A stretch of 64,000 nucleotides of DNA from a virus, in the IMG/VR virus record IMGVR_UViG_3300027917_000021, positions 32,001 through 96,000 of that record; one strand, given 5' to 3'. Both the position numbers and the translations under genes were made by a program. Below the pieces are notes generated by a model that had not been told where the DNA came from, searched no databases, and saw nothing but the letters and a program-made list of their open reading frames with translations. Below, piece by piece: positions 18,909-27,508 of this stretch. Position 1 is the first letter of the stretch. Every line of letters starts with the position of its first letter.

Positions 18909-18922
18909 ATCATTCTTATTCC
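18909..18922 (-). promoter_or_regulatory. phage promoter motif GGNATAAGAnnnnT
   Basis: GGAATAAGAATGAT upstream of 18881. Confidence 0.7.
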
Positions 18923-18941
18923 ATTTTGTTTATATTAAACC

Positions 18942-19298
18942 ATGAAAAATTTTATATATCCTTTAGAACAGATCCCATATTTACGGGAAAAATTTAAAAA
19001 GTGGCGAAAAATCTACGATTATGCATTTGAATTTCACTTCTGGAAAGAAGTATGGAATACACTTGGCCATGTAATATTTGCCGCGTTATTTGCACACGTG
19101 TGTACGCCTTACCTATCGGTAGGATGGATCACAGGAATACTCTTATTTATTGGTACGGCCCGTGAGGTCTGGCAGAACATACGAGGAAAATACCAACCAT
19201 GGTTAATGTCAACAGTAGATTCTTTATCATTTGGAATAGGCGGATATCTATGGTGGTTGATTATAACTGCTTATAATATTAATGTAGATTTTTTATGA
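18942..19298 (+). CDS. membrane protein (VanZ/YfiM-like H..E..Q..D pattern)
   Basis: Three hydrophobic helices, GHVIFAALF, REVWQ, DSLS; apparently leaderless. Confidence 0.55.
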   Translation: MKNFIYPLEQIPYLREKFKKWRKIYDYAFEFHFWKEVWNTLGHVIFAALFAHVCTPYLSVGWITGILLFIGTAREVWQNIRGKYQPWLMSTVDSLSFGIGGYLWWLIITAYNINVDFL

Positions 19299-19322
19299 AA
19301 TTAATATTATTCCTTTTGAAGT

Positions 19323-19347
19323 AAAAAAGGGGGACGTACGTCCCCTA
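19323..19347 (-). terminator. intrinsic terminator with ACGTACGT core
   Basis: GGGGACGTACGTCCCC with A run on the left. Confidence 0.75.
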
Positions 19348-19353
19348 TAAACC

Positions 19354-20226
19354 TTACTTATGCGGGAGCCCTGCAACACACCCATTGAGAACATAAGCAA
19401 GCTTTATTATCCGCATTGCGATGTTCTCGGAAACTTTAGTAGCTCCGTCGTAAAGGTATTGAGAAGAAATTCTCAATTTTGGAACTTTGTGTGAAAATCG
19501 AAAGAGCGCCCAAGGAGTGACAACTTCTCCACCGTTAGTACGCTGGTGATGAAATATGTGCTGCAGTACCGGGGATACATCATAATAGGTTCTTTCATTT
19601 TCGTATTGCCCGCCTCTTCCGGTTTTGATTTTGTAATATTTGGCATTTAAAATAACCAAATTTTCCAGTTCTTTCACACGGACGTGACCGGCTTCACCGA
19701 AAGGAGCAAAAGATAATTTCTTTCGCATAATTTCTTCATAGCGTCCTCCCTCTGTGCCTGCCGGCTGGCATTCTTCTTCAATTATCTCTGCTTCCTGTAC
19801 TTCCGGTGCTTCCTGTTCATGTTCCAGCATTTCAACTCTTCTGATGACATTTCTCCAAATTTTAAAAACCCGGCCATACCAATCATCCTGAGAAATAATT
19901 CCTCGGGCAAGTTGCTGCTCAAGATTATGTACTTCTGCCTGCGCCGATCCAATTTCCATTTTCATTTCGCGGGAATATTTTCTTGGAGGCTGTGCTTCAT
20001 AACCAGTTCCGGAAAATATTTGATGTAGGATCATAACATCCTCTGCAGTCAATATTTTTGCTGCTTGCGGAGCCGCAGCATCGTCAAAACCTTTAATAAA
20101 AGCTTCGACGATATTTCCGTGGAGATGCTTGTGGTAATGTGCGTAGAAATGCATCATGAGCCCGGCCTTAAATCCAAAAGTTTCATGTAGTTCATTCATT
20201 GAATCACGCAATTTTTGTAAGTCCAT
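19354..20226 (-). CDS. hypothetical protein
   Basis: 290 aa; AGGAGAG RBS; GGNATAAGA motif upstream. Confidence 0.75.
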   Translation of the reverse strand: MDLQKLRDSMNELHETFGFKAGLMMHFYAHYHKHLHGNIVEAFIKGFDDAAAPQAAKILTAEDVMILHQIFSGTGYEAQPPRKYSREMKMEIGSAQAEVHNLEQQLARGIISQDDWYGRVFKIWRNVIRRVEMLEHEQEAPEVQEAEIIEEECQPAGTEGGRYEEIMRKKLSFAPFGEAGHVRVKELENLVILNAKYYKIKTGRGGQYENERTYYDVSPVLQHIFHHQRTNGGEVVTPWALFRFSHKVPKLRISSQYLYDGATKVSENIAMRIIKLAYVLNGCVAGLPHK

Positions 20227-20256
20227 AATACTCTCCTAAAAGTTAGATGGTTATAC

Positions 20257-20270
20257 AACTCTCTTATGCC
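20257..20270 (-). promoter_or_regulatory. phage promoter motif GGNATAAGAnnnnT
   Basis: GGCATAAGAGAGTT upstream of 20226. Confidence 0.7.
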
Positions 20271-20281
20271 AAATTAAAGGT

Positions 20282-20324
20282 AAAAAATAAAGGGCAGCTG
20301 ACAATCAATTGCCCTTTATTTTTT
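20282..20324. terminator. bidirectional intrinsic terminator
   Basis: AAAAAATAAAGGGCA...TGCCCTTTATTTTTT. Confidence 0.75.
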
Positions 20325-20332
20325 AAAGATAA

Positions 20333-21952
20333 TTATGGTTCGGGAACCCAAGTTCCTTCATTTTCGTAGTATTCCCAGTTACCACCATAATCTTGAGCGC
20401 CAATAAAGATTTCCAAACCATCGCGTTGCTGGAATTCATACCATGCACCACTATTCATATAGAACTGTTTATTATAATAAGTGGTAGAGGATGAATTTCC
20501 CTGTCCATTTTCATAATAGATACTGGCAAGAGTAATTTCTTCATCGTCTTCATAATAGAATAAACCATATCTGTAGCAGTACAATTCGGAATACGATACC
20601 CAATAGCAATGGATTTTTCGATACGAATCGTAATGCGGTGCCGGAGTTGTAAATCCGCCAAAATCCGCAGGCAACGAAATGTCTGATCCACCATAATAAA
20701 ATCGTAGATCATCCAAATATGCACTGTTTGGTGTTTGTCCGATTTGCTGGACACAGAAACGAACATACTTAGGATCATCATATAATATGCTAATGTCAAC
20801 TGTGTTAAGTTTGAATGATGTTGCTCCATTGGATTCCAATTGAGCACCGTAGGAAATAATAAAGTCGTCGTTTTCATCAAACAGTGCTAGATGTAGCATT
20901 AATGTCACGCCGGTCAATGTTCCAGCACACTGAATTGTTGCCGTATAGTCGCCTTCAATACAGGAGTCAGGCAACAGAAAATAGCCACTTGAAGTAACAC
21001 GATTAGAATTACGGGCAAATTTTAGTTGCATAGAATAGGTGCCTAATGTTTTATAACTTGAATTTGCCAATTCGTTCTGTGTAGTGTAATAATTGGAGGT
21101 TGGTGGATCAAAAAAGTCAGGTAAATTCCAACCACCGTCTGGTGAAATATTCCAAGCATAAGGAACACCGGAATTCCAGGTTTCAAAACTTGGATTCAGA
21201 TCGGGATAGTAAAATGCACCAGGAACATCCATTAATTTGTCTTTATTAGTATTTGGTTTGCTCAATCCATAAACCAATAAATTGTTTCCATATCCGGGTG
21301 CTGTGTGGCCGGTATTGTCTTCATCCATACCAGAATCATAAAGAGATGATATTGTCGAATTTGTTGCATACGTTACCAGGAATGCTCGGCATTCGACATA
21401 GTCTGCGCCGTAGTCATCAAAATAATAAGTATTAGCATCCCAAGCATAAGGCGATGGAGAATAATACCATACCATATTTCCCCATACGGAGTTAGCCATG
21501 TCAAAATCTTCATAATCACTAGAACTGTACGAAGTAACATTCCAGAAATAAGTAGCATTCGACACTGCCTGTATGCCAGTAACACTTCTTGGTTTGCCTA
21601 AAGCATCAGAGAACTGAGCAATTCGCAGGGCTTCCAACCCTTCTTTTGTATGTGTTCGATAAAATTCTTTCCGCTCAGATTCTTTGGCTTCTTCTTTTGC
21701 GAGAGTTTCAGCATCCCATTTCGACCGATGTATTCCGCTAATAAACTGACGCTTATAGTCGAGTGGATTCTCTGGATACTTGAAATTCTTAAAATAATCT
21801 TCCAAATCTCCAATTTCAACTTTCGACAATTTCTGTCCTGGAAATGAAAAATCAGTACTCTGTGCTTCAACACTCACTGGAGGCTCTTGTTCGCACTGAA
21901 TAAACACAAAGGGCAACAGAAAAATAACCAGAAATGCAAAAAAGATTTTCAT
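20333..21952 (-). CDS. putative lipoprotein with carbohydrate-binding-like domain
   Basis: Signal peptide MKIFFAFLVIFLLPFVFIQ-C; LNPSFETW...W and YLDDLRF typical of CBM4/9-like jelly rolls. Confidence 0.65.
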   Translation of the reverse strand: MKIFFAFLVIFLLPFVFIQCEQEPPVSVEAQSTDFSFPGQKLSKVEIGDLEDYFKNFKYPENPLDYKRQFISGIHRSKWDAETLAKEEAKESERKEFYRTHTKEGLEALRIAQFSDALGKPRSVTGIQAVSNATYFWNVTSYSSSDYEDFDMANSVWGNMVWYYSPSPYAWDANTYYFDDYGADYVECRAFLVTYATNSTISSLYDSGMDEDNTGHTAPGYGNNLLVYGLSKPNTNKDKLMDVPGAFYYPDLNPSFETWNSGVPYAWNISPDGGWNLPDFFDPPTSNYYTTQNELANSSYKTLGTYSMQLKFARNSNRVTSSGYFLLPDSCIEGDYTATIQCAGTLTGVTLMLHLALFDENDDFIISYGAQLESNGATSFKLNTVDISILYDDPKYVRFCVQQIGQTPNSAYLDDLRFYYGGSDISLPADFGGFTTPAPHYDSYRKIHCYWVSYSELYCYRYGLFYYEDDEEITLASIYYENGQGNSSSTTYYNKQFYMNSGAWYEFQQRDGLEIFIGAQDYGGNWEYYENEGTWVPEP

Positions 21953-21981
21953 AATAATTCCTTTCAGTTAAACGATTATAC

Positions 21982-21995
21982 ATATTTCTTATGCC
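21982..21995 (-). promoter_or_regulatory. phage promoter motif GGNATAAGAnnnnT
   Basis: GGCATAAGAAATAT upstream of 21952. Confidence 0.7.
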
Positions 21996-22049
21996 ATTTA
22001 TTAATAAAAAACTACGTACGCAATCCTTTTTCAAGAAAATTTAAAACCT

Positions 22050-22106
22050 ATTTGTTTTTTTAAGGTTTGATGAATCAAATTTGTTTTTTAAGGTTTGATA
22101 AATCAA
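22050..22106. repeat. ~29-bp imperfect tandem duplication
   Basis: ATTTGTTTTTT(T)AAGGTTTGAT(G/A)AATCAA x2. Confidence 0.7.
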
Positions 22107-22325
22107 TTAAAAAAATAGTAGTTTAACAATATCAATTACTACATTTAGAGTTACAATCAGGGCTATTAAAAACCAGGCGCCCCGGGCTTCGCCATAGCCA
22201 AACACACCATCCTTATTATAAGGAATACCGATACGTACCCGTTTTAGATGTTTATTACAATCGATTACCATAAGCCAGGAAAAGAAGCTGGCAACAATGC
22301 CAAGAATTATCCAGAAAATAAGCAT
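22107..22325 (-). CDS. small 2-TM membrane protein
   Basis: Two hydrophobic helices; AGGAGG RBS. Confidence 0.7.
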   Translation of the reverse strand: MLIFWIILGIVASFFSWLMVIDCNKHLKRVRIGIPYNKDGVFGYGEARGAWFLIALIVTLNVVIDIVKLLFF

Positions 22326-22415
22326 TTATTATTCCTCCTATATATCTGGGCGAACTTATCGCCCGACTGGTCGAATTATACATTCTACCCTATTGTTTTT
22401 ATTTAGTTTACAGGT

Positions 22416-22432
22416 TTGGCACGATATGTGCT
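22416..22432 (+). promoter_or_regulatory. sigma54-type -24/-12 promoter
   Basis: TTGGCACGATATGTGCT: GG-N10-GC with TGGCACG consensus. Confidence 0.6.
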
Positions 22433-22474
22433 CATACAACCATCAAACAACCTTAGTGGGAAAGGAAACAAACA

Positions 22475-22837
22475 ATGAAGAATTTATTATTAGTAACAAC
22501 CTTATTTTTGTTTTTTGCAGGTATAACTCTGGCACAGGACACAACTAAAGCCCAGGTACAAGAGAAAAAACAAACACAAACGCAAACACAAACACAAACG
22601 CAAACACAAAATAGATTCATAGACCTCGACGGCGATGGAATCAATGATGCAGTTATGGAACAGTGGCGTAAAATGATTCGCACTCAAGATGGACAGGGTG
22701 AAATGAATCAGGAACAAAATCGCGAACAAAACCGCATCCATACCGGCGAACCTCTAGGCCCCAAGGGCAATTCAGAAAAAGGTTCAACAAACGACCCAAC
22801 AAAAAGCAAATCCAAGGGCGACAAAGGTAAAAAATAA
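22475..22837 (+). CDS. secreted low-complexity protein with DxDGDG Ca-binding-like motif
   Basis: Sec signal MKNLLLVTTLFLFFAGITLA-Q, (QT)n repeat, FIDLDGDGIND; AAGGA RBS. Confidence 0.8.
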   Translation: MKNLLLVTTLFLFFAGITLAQDTTKAQVQEKKQTQTQTQTQTQTQNRFIDLDGDGINDAVMEQWRKMIRTQDGQGEMNQEQNREQNRIHTGEPLGPKGNSEKGSTNDPTKSKSKGDKGKK

Positions 22838-22864
22838 TTAAGGCTTACTCTGTTACAAATATAA

Positions 22865-22889
22865 AGAGGGGACGTGTGTCCCCTTTTTT
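22865..22889. terminator. intrinsic terminator between convergent genes
   Basis: AGGGGACGTGTGTCCCCT + T run. Confidence 0.75.
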
Positions 22890-22890
22890 A

Positions 22891-24288
22891 TTATTTCTTT
22901 TGAATACCGATTATGTCGTACACCACATAGGTTTCCATTGGTTGTGGATCCCCTCCGTAGTAATCTCTCAGGCGCTTGAATTCCTCCAATTCCGGAGTTT
23001 TCACTCCATAATTAATTTTTACCGGCCGGCCTTTTGGATAGCGTTGCATTGTAAAGCCTTTTGGAAAATCCTCCGGATAAACATAGATTTTGTGCTTTGA
23101 ATTGTCATCAGAAGTGAAAACAAATTGATGGCTTCCGGCTGGTACTAACATACCGCTTTCGGTAAATTCGGCAATAAAATCGATTGGCGGACAATGGTTG
23201 CTTATGGTCTCCGTCGCCAGCGACCATATTACCACGAGGAAATCACCGAACTTTTTTAGTATCCAGCAAATGCCACTAGCAACCCATTGTAGACCTTCAA
23301 ATATCCAGAGAATTATATGGGCAATCCATTTCAAAGGTTGTCCGGGAAATATAACCAAAACTTTCCAGATGCCACTAAAAAGGTTCCATACGTATACATC
23401 CAGTGGGCTTTCTTTTTCCTTTTTTCTTCCTTTTTTGGCCAGAAATTCCAGACGCAGCCGTTCAAGTTCACGCTTCGCGGCCGCCTTTTCAGCTTCTCGC
23501 ATCTTTTTCTGTTTTTGGCGCTCGAAAAGAACATCTTTAAATTTTTCCCGTCTTTTTTCCTGCCAATCGCGTACTTTGCATGATTGTGTAATTGTCCAGC
23601 GGGTCAAACGACAGCGGAAAAACCAGACGCCGATTTTATATAGAATGATCATAACCAAACCAAAAGCCACGATACATCCAAGTCCCAGGCCAATCGCAAA
23701 TAGAATGCTTAACCATGGCAAATCGATAAAGGCCCATATCAAATCACCTAAAGTGAATATTAGCCAACCGATGCCGTACAATACCAAAGGAATACCATCC
23801 AGTACGAGCCATACCAGGCCTGCCCATACCCCGGTTAATATCCACCATGGAATCGAATAGATCCAGAAAATGCCAAATCCGATCCAGGCCAGAAGATTTG
23901 AATAGAGAAACAAAGATACAATTCCAGAAACAACCATAAGAATTCCTGCGAAAACCCATGATGCCATTAATTTACTCTTCTCTATGAGGTCAAAGATGTC
24001 ATCAATAGCCTCCGGCCAAATCCAGGATAATGGTTTCAATACTAATATTTCCACCAGTTTTAATACCAGGAATGGTATTAAAGTGACCAATAATAGCAAA
24101 CTGCCCCAGAACATGAACTGGTAGAAAGGACACTTGTTGGTGGCTTCTTTTTTATTGAAACCATACCACATGCGGAGCCACTGATAATACCGATATCGGG
24201 CATCACTGGTACCCATTATGATATTATCTTCATGGCCCAGATATCGATCAGCAAACTCCGCACCAACGCGAGCTGCTTTATTTCTCAT
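22891..24288 (-). CDS. polytopic Trp-rich membrane protein
   Basis: Several TM segments, charged coiled coil, Trp-rich amphipathic repeats; GGAGG RBS before ATG at 24288. Confidence 0.75.
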   Translation of the reverse strand: MRNKAARVGAEFADRYLGHEDNIIMGTSDARYRYYQWLRMWYGFNKKEATNKCPFYQFMFWGSLLLLVTLIPFLVLKLVEILVLKPLSWIWPEAIDDIFDLIEKSKLMASWVFAGILMVVSGIVSLFLYSNLLAWIGFGIFWIYSIPWWILTGVWAGLVWLVLDGIPLVLYGIGWLIFTLGDLIWAFIDLPWLSILFAIGLGLGCIVAFGLVMIILYKIGVWFFRCRLTRWTITQSCKVRDWQEKRREKFKDVLFERQKQKKMREAEKAAAKRELERLRLEFLAKKGRKKEKESPLDVYVWNLFSGIWKVLVIFPGQPLKWIAHIILWIFEGLQWVASGICWILKKFGDFLVVIWSLATETISNHCPPIDFIAEFTESGMLVPAGSHQFVFTSDDNSKHKIYVYPEDFPKGFTMQRYPKGRPVKINYGVKTPELEEFKRLRDYYGGDPQPMETYVVYDIIGIQKK

Positions 24289-24517
24289 CAGTATCCTCCT
24301 CCTGCATGTCTTCAATTTGTTCTTTCAAAGCGGAATTCTGCTCTCTTAATTCCGAGATCTTTGTTTCCAGGCTGTCATTTGCCGCTTCCACCGCTTTGAC
24401 ATGTTCCGGCTCGTTAAGAAGATAAGAATCGTTAATTGCGTTATGTGCCCAGTACGCCAGAAGAAAAATCAGCACAAATGCTGCCAATACAAAAAAAGAA
24501 CGTGTTCTGTCGTTCAT
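24278..24517 (-). CDS. single-TM coiled-coil protein
   Basis: N-terminal TM then heptad region; AGGAG RBS. Confidence 0.7.
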   Translation of the reverse strand: MNDRTRSFFVLAAFVLIFLLAYWAHNAINDSYLLNEPEHVKAVEAANDSLETKISELREQNSALKEQIEDMQEEDTDEK

Positions 24518-24575
24518 GTTAAATACTCCTGTAATTAATTAAAGGTTTGGTTGATTAAAAAATAAACATCTATTC

Positions 24576-24589
24576 TAATTTCTTATGCC
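24576..24589 (-). promoter_or_regulatory. phage promoter motif GGNATAAGA
   Basis: GGCATAAGAAATTA upstream of 24517. Confidence 0.65.
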
Positions 24590-24610
24590 AAATTTGAGAT
24601 AAAAAAGCCA

Positions 24611-24712
24611 TCAAAAGTTGATGGCTATAAGATAATAAATACATAAACAGGTAATGGCAGCTGATACCAGGAATGGTATCAAAACTTCCCATCGAACGCG
24701 ATTTTTAAACAT
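24611..24712 (-). CDS. 33-aa single-TM peptide
   Basis: GGAGG RBS before MFKNRVRWEVLIPFLVSAAITCLCIYYLIAINF. Confidence 0.55.
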   Translation of the reverse strand: MFKNRVRWEVLIPFLVSAAITCLCIYYLIAINF

Positions 24713-24725
24713 AAGACCTCCCAGG

Positions 24726-24974
24726 TTAATCCGGATAAAAGTCCTGTGCCGATCCCGGCCCGCCAACTTTACGTGTATCAAAATAATAGCCAATTAATCG
24801 AGGGTGAGTATCTTTGTAATATTCCCATTTTATGTCATGCAGTGTCTGGGTCTTATTAAGATGTCGCTTCAAATGATCATTACAGCAAAATGGACCACCC
24901 ACGTAGTTTATGGTTTTCTGTGTAATAAATTTTCCACAAAATAAACAATATTGAGCATCAGGAATAGTTGTCAT
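24726..24974 (-). CDS. TRASH-like zinc-finger protein
   Basis: CLFCGK...FCCNDH; AAGGAGAG RBS. Confidence 0.6.
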   Translation of the reverse strand: MTTIPDAQYCLFCGKFITQKTINYVGGPFCCNDHLKRHLNKTQTLHDIKWEYYKDTHPRLIGYYFDTRKVGGPGSAQDFYPD

Positions 24975-25001
24975 AACACTCTCCTTAAATTAGATTGCTA
25001 T

Positions 25002-25015
25002 ACTATTCTTATACC
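25002..25015 (-). promoter_or_regulatory. phage promoter motif GGNATAAGAnnnnT
   Basis: GGTATAAGAATAGT upstream of 24974. Confidence 0.7.
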
Positions 25016-25022
25016 TTATTTT

Positions 25023-25265
25023 TTATTCTTCCCGCTCTTCCAAAAATACTATTTCCACAAACTCTCCGCTGTCATCACTGCTCCAGTTAATAATTTTTGC
25101 ATTTGTTGGAACATGGTTTATTATGTTTCTTGCATCACCGGCCAGCGTGTTTATTCGAAAACGTACTGTATGTGTAATTTCAACAATTTTGGATTTAACT
25201 TCTTTTTCATAACTTGCAAAATCTTTTCTACCCATTTTTATTTGCCCTTTTTCTGGCCTCTTCAC
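25023..25265 (-). CDS. hypothetical protein
   Basis: ORF track; start may be 25235. Confidence 0.55.
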   Translation of the reverse strand: MKRPEKGQIKMGRKDFASYEKEVKSKIVEITHTVRFRINTLAGDARNIINHVPTNAKIINWSSDDSGEFVEIVFLEEREE

Positions 25266-25431
25266 AGTTGTGATGCCACTTGTTTATGTGACTGATAAAT
25301 TCAAATCCGGCCTTATTCTTTACCCTGGGACAACCACAGTTAGGATATGGTGTAGTGTAACCACGCAATCCGCATTCCGGACACGTTTCTTTACTATCGG
25401 ATGGTAATTGATCAAACTCTTCTTTTGTCAT
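25228..25431 (-). CDS. small Cys-rich protein
   Basis: CPECG...CGCP; AAAGGA RBS. Confidence 0.6.
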   Translation of the reverse strand: MTKEEFDQLPSDSKETCPECGLRGYTTPYPNCGCPRVKNKAGFEFISHINKWHHNCEEARKRANKNG

Positions 25432-25451
25432 TTTATTTATATCCTTTCTAT

Positions 25452-25780
25452 ATAAAAAAATAGAGGGCTACGTACGTAACCCCCTATAGTTATGGCCCAC
25501 TTCGGGGCGCGCCCTACCGGTTCAGGCAACCATTCAGCTACACATATGTGAACGTCAGTTACACATATGTGAATGCAACGGGCGGGTAGTTTATTTGGCC
25601 TGATTTAAAGTTGCCATGTCAGGTGCCGTTAATAATCTTTGAGGGTTGTAGATTGGATGAACTACCGAATTTTGGCATTCACCTGGCGCGGGGCGGGCTT
25701 TAAGGTGGGAACCGGAGCCCGTCGTGACATGGCATCCACAGGTGCAGTTGGTCGCACGTCCACTGGATAACTGAGCTTCA
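25452..25780 (-). ncRNA. candidate structured ncRNA (~320 nt)
   Basis: GC-enriched island; long-range IR TGCCATGTCA/TGACATGGCA; direct repeat TACACATATGTGAA; ends in terminator at 25454-25487. Confidence 0.4.
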
Positions 25781-25783
25781 CAA

Positions 25784-25975
25784 TTACAAATTATTACAAA
25801 TTTTTTCAAGATCCATTGACCCCCTTGATAAATGTAATTCAGCTAAGAAATATTCCCAATTTATTTTATGTTCATTTGGGTCAAAGAATACAACGTGAAA
25901 ATTATGATATTTGTCATTCTCGAACAGATCATGGTCTGCAACAAGTACGTGGAAATTTTTTAGTTCTACTTTCAT
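25784..25975 (-). CDS. hypothetical protein
   Basis: MKVELKNFHVLV...; weak RBS. Confidence 0.45.
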   Translation of the reverse strand: MKVELKNFHVLVADHDLFENDKYHNFHVVFFDPNEHKINWEYFLAELHLSRGSMDLEKICNNL

Positions 25976-25981
25976 ATGAAT

Positions 25982-26303
25982 AAAAAAGAGACCGACCAAA
26001 TTGGGTGCGGTCTCTTAAAACAAATTAAGGAGAGTGAATATTATCCCCAGATCGAGCATTCCCTCCACCACATGCTCGAGCAGGCGGCTTACTTGATAAT
26101 GGGACTAGGTAGCTAACCTCCAGCGGATCTGCTTTGTCCGCAGCCCGACCGGCACCCTGACACAACCGGAGGACTGGGGCCGGAGTTATGATCGCGCCTC
26201 CCTTTTAAATGTATAAATTAGCGAAATTCATACATCGATCGTTACTGGCTGGGGATTCCAGTATATTACGACGCCCTCAAAGATGCTGTTAAAAGCTCGC
26301 ATC
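25982..26303 (-). ncRNA. candidate structured ncRNA (~320 nt)
   Basis: GGNATAAGA motif at 26305-26318, no ORF of 60 aa or more, multiple hairpins, terminator AAGAGACCG..CGGTCTC-T6. Confidence 0.5.
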
Positions 26304-26304
26304 C

Positions 26305-26318
26305 ATAATTCTTATGCC
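26305..26318 (-). promoter_or_regulatory. phage promoter motif GGNATAAGAnnnnT
   Basis: GGCATAAGAATTAT upstream of candidate ncRNA. Confidence 0.65.
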
Positions 26319-26449
26319 GGTTTTTTAACATCTTTTTGAGGCTTTCGCCCACCAGCGACAATCCTTTTAATGGGCTTGTCACAATTACCGAGTCCACGCC
26401 CGGCACGCGGCCCTTTACCTTCAGGACCTGTTCCATCTTTTCGTGGCAT
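26312..26449 (-). CDS. DUF5320-family small protein (45 aa)
   Basis: Hand translation MPRKDGTGPEGKGPRAGRGLGNC... matches the DUF5320 N-terminal signature; AGGAGG RBS; GGNATAAGA motif upstream. Confidence 0.8.
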   Translation of the reverse strand: MPRKDGTGPEGKGPRAGRGLGNCDKPIKRIVAGGRKPQKDVKKPA

Positions 26450-26472
26450 AATAACCTCCTATTATTTTTACC

Positions 26473-26486
26473 ACTATTCTTATGCC
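26473..26486 (-). promoter_or_regulatory. phage promoter motif GGNATAAGAnnnnT
   Basis: GGCATAAGAATAGT upstream of 26449. Confidence 0.7.
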
Positions 26487-26489
26487 ATT

Positions 26490-27473
26490 TTAGAATTCAT
26501 ACATGGTAGCAAGTACAACCACATCAGCGTAAAATCCCAACTGATTAATTATTGAACGTGCGGTACATGCAAACTTTGATATTGAATCATCCATCAAAAC
26601 AACCAGTGCCTTCTTTCCGGTTTGTTCGTAATGTTGTTTACATTTTAATATTAATTCATCTGGAACCTTGTGGATATAGAGAAGATCTAATCCCGGCACC
26701 CTTCTTATTTTTCCAAATTTATGGGCATACGCACCATAATGAGTTTCATCTTCATCGTGCCACTGCTTTTTGTATTCCTTTATATAGTATCTTAACCATT
26801 CTGCTGCAGTGTCCTTGTATTCAAAAGTAGTGATGAGGTCTTCCGTTACAATGCATAAATGTTTCCAGTAGTTAACGGAATGTCTTTTTGTGGTATGATA
26901 AATGTGATCACCAGACACAGAAAAAGAATTTTCCAGATATTTGGCGCATTCCTTATTGAAATCTCCACTTAGACAATCAGCAAACAGAAAAAAGTTTGCA
27001 TTTTCACTGAAATATTTTAACAGGGCACGATTAAATTCCATGTACAATTGTATAGATGCCGGATCCGTATCAATTTTAAAACCATTAACACCTACAGGAA
27101 ATAATCGGCTGATTATATCCTTTTCTAGTGCTGTTAGACATTTCTTGTCAATGTTATACTTATAATAATAAAAACTCGCAAATGGAGATAACACTAGACC
27201 AGTATATCCCAGAGTGGATTCAATGCTGCGAAAATAATAGGTGCATTTTTTTCCGTAGTGTTTTTTTAATTTTAAAAAATGATTTTCCGCCAAATGCATT
27301 TGGCTTACTGTTGTCTTTAATTCGTCAGAATATAAATTAGAGCCTTCGCTTTGAATTCCGGTTTGTAGGTCACGATTAGCCCACATTAGGGCATCTTGCA
27401 TTAACTCCTTTGTTAGTAATAAGTATGGCAAATGCCATTTTTTGAAGTTTTCCAACTGCTCGCTAAGTTGCAT
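26490..27473 (-). CDS. hypothetical protein, possible PRTase-like C-terminus
   Basis: 327 aa; C-terminal KKALVVLMDDSIS..CT resembles a PRPP-binding loop. Confidence 0.6.
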   Translation of the reverse strand: MQLSEQLENFKKWHLPYLLLTKELMQDALMWANRDLQTGIQSEGSNLYSDELKTTVSQMHLAENHFLKLKKHYGKKCTYYFRSIESTLGYTGLVLSPFASFYYYKYNIDKKCLTALEKDIISRLFPVGVNGFKIDTDPASIQLYMEFNRALLKYFSENANFFLFADCLSGDFNKECAKYLENSFSVSGDHIYHTTKRHSVNYWKHLCIVTEDLITTFEYKDTAAEWLRYYIKEYKKQWHDEDETHYGAYAHKFGKIRRVPGLDLLYIHKVPDELILKCKQHYEQTGKKALVVLMDDSISKFACTARSIINQLGFYADVVVLATMYEF

Positions 27474-27508
27474 ATTGGTTTCCTTAAAAAGTAGAATTTT
27501 AGTTAGTT

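Noticed and set aside
23198-23860. Long antisense ORFs (also 39951-40628, 46289-46807, 33569-34024, 10068-10475)
   Set aside because: Shadows of well-supported genes on the opposite strand; no RBS or motifs
25591-25809. 72-aa ORF
   Set aside because: TTG start, weak RBS, composition follows RNA-like inverted repeats; treated as probable ncRNA
25452-26303. tRNA, tmRNA, RNase P or SRP identity for the GC-rich islands
   Set aside because: No T-arm (TTCRA) with acceptor stem/CCA, no tag ORF ending in AA, no GAGGAAAGUCC or SRP domain IV consensus
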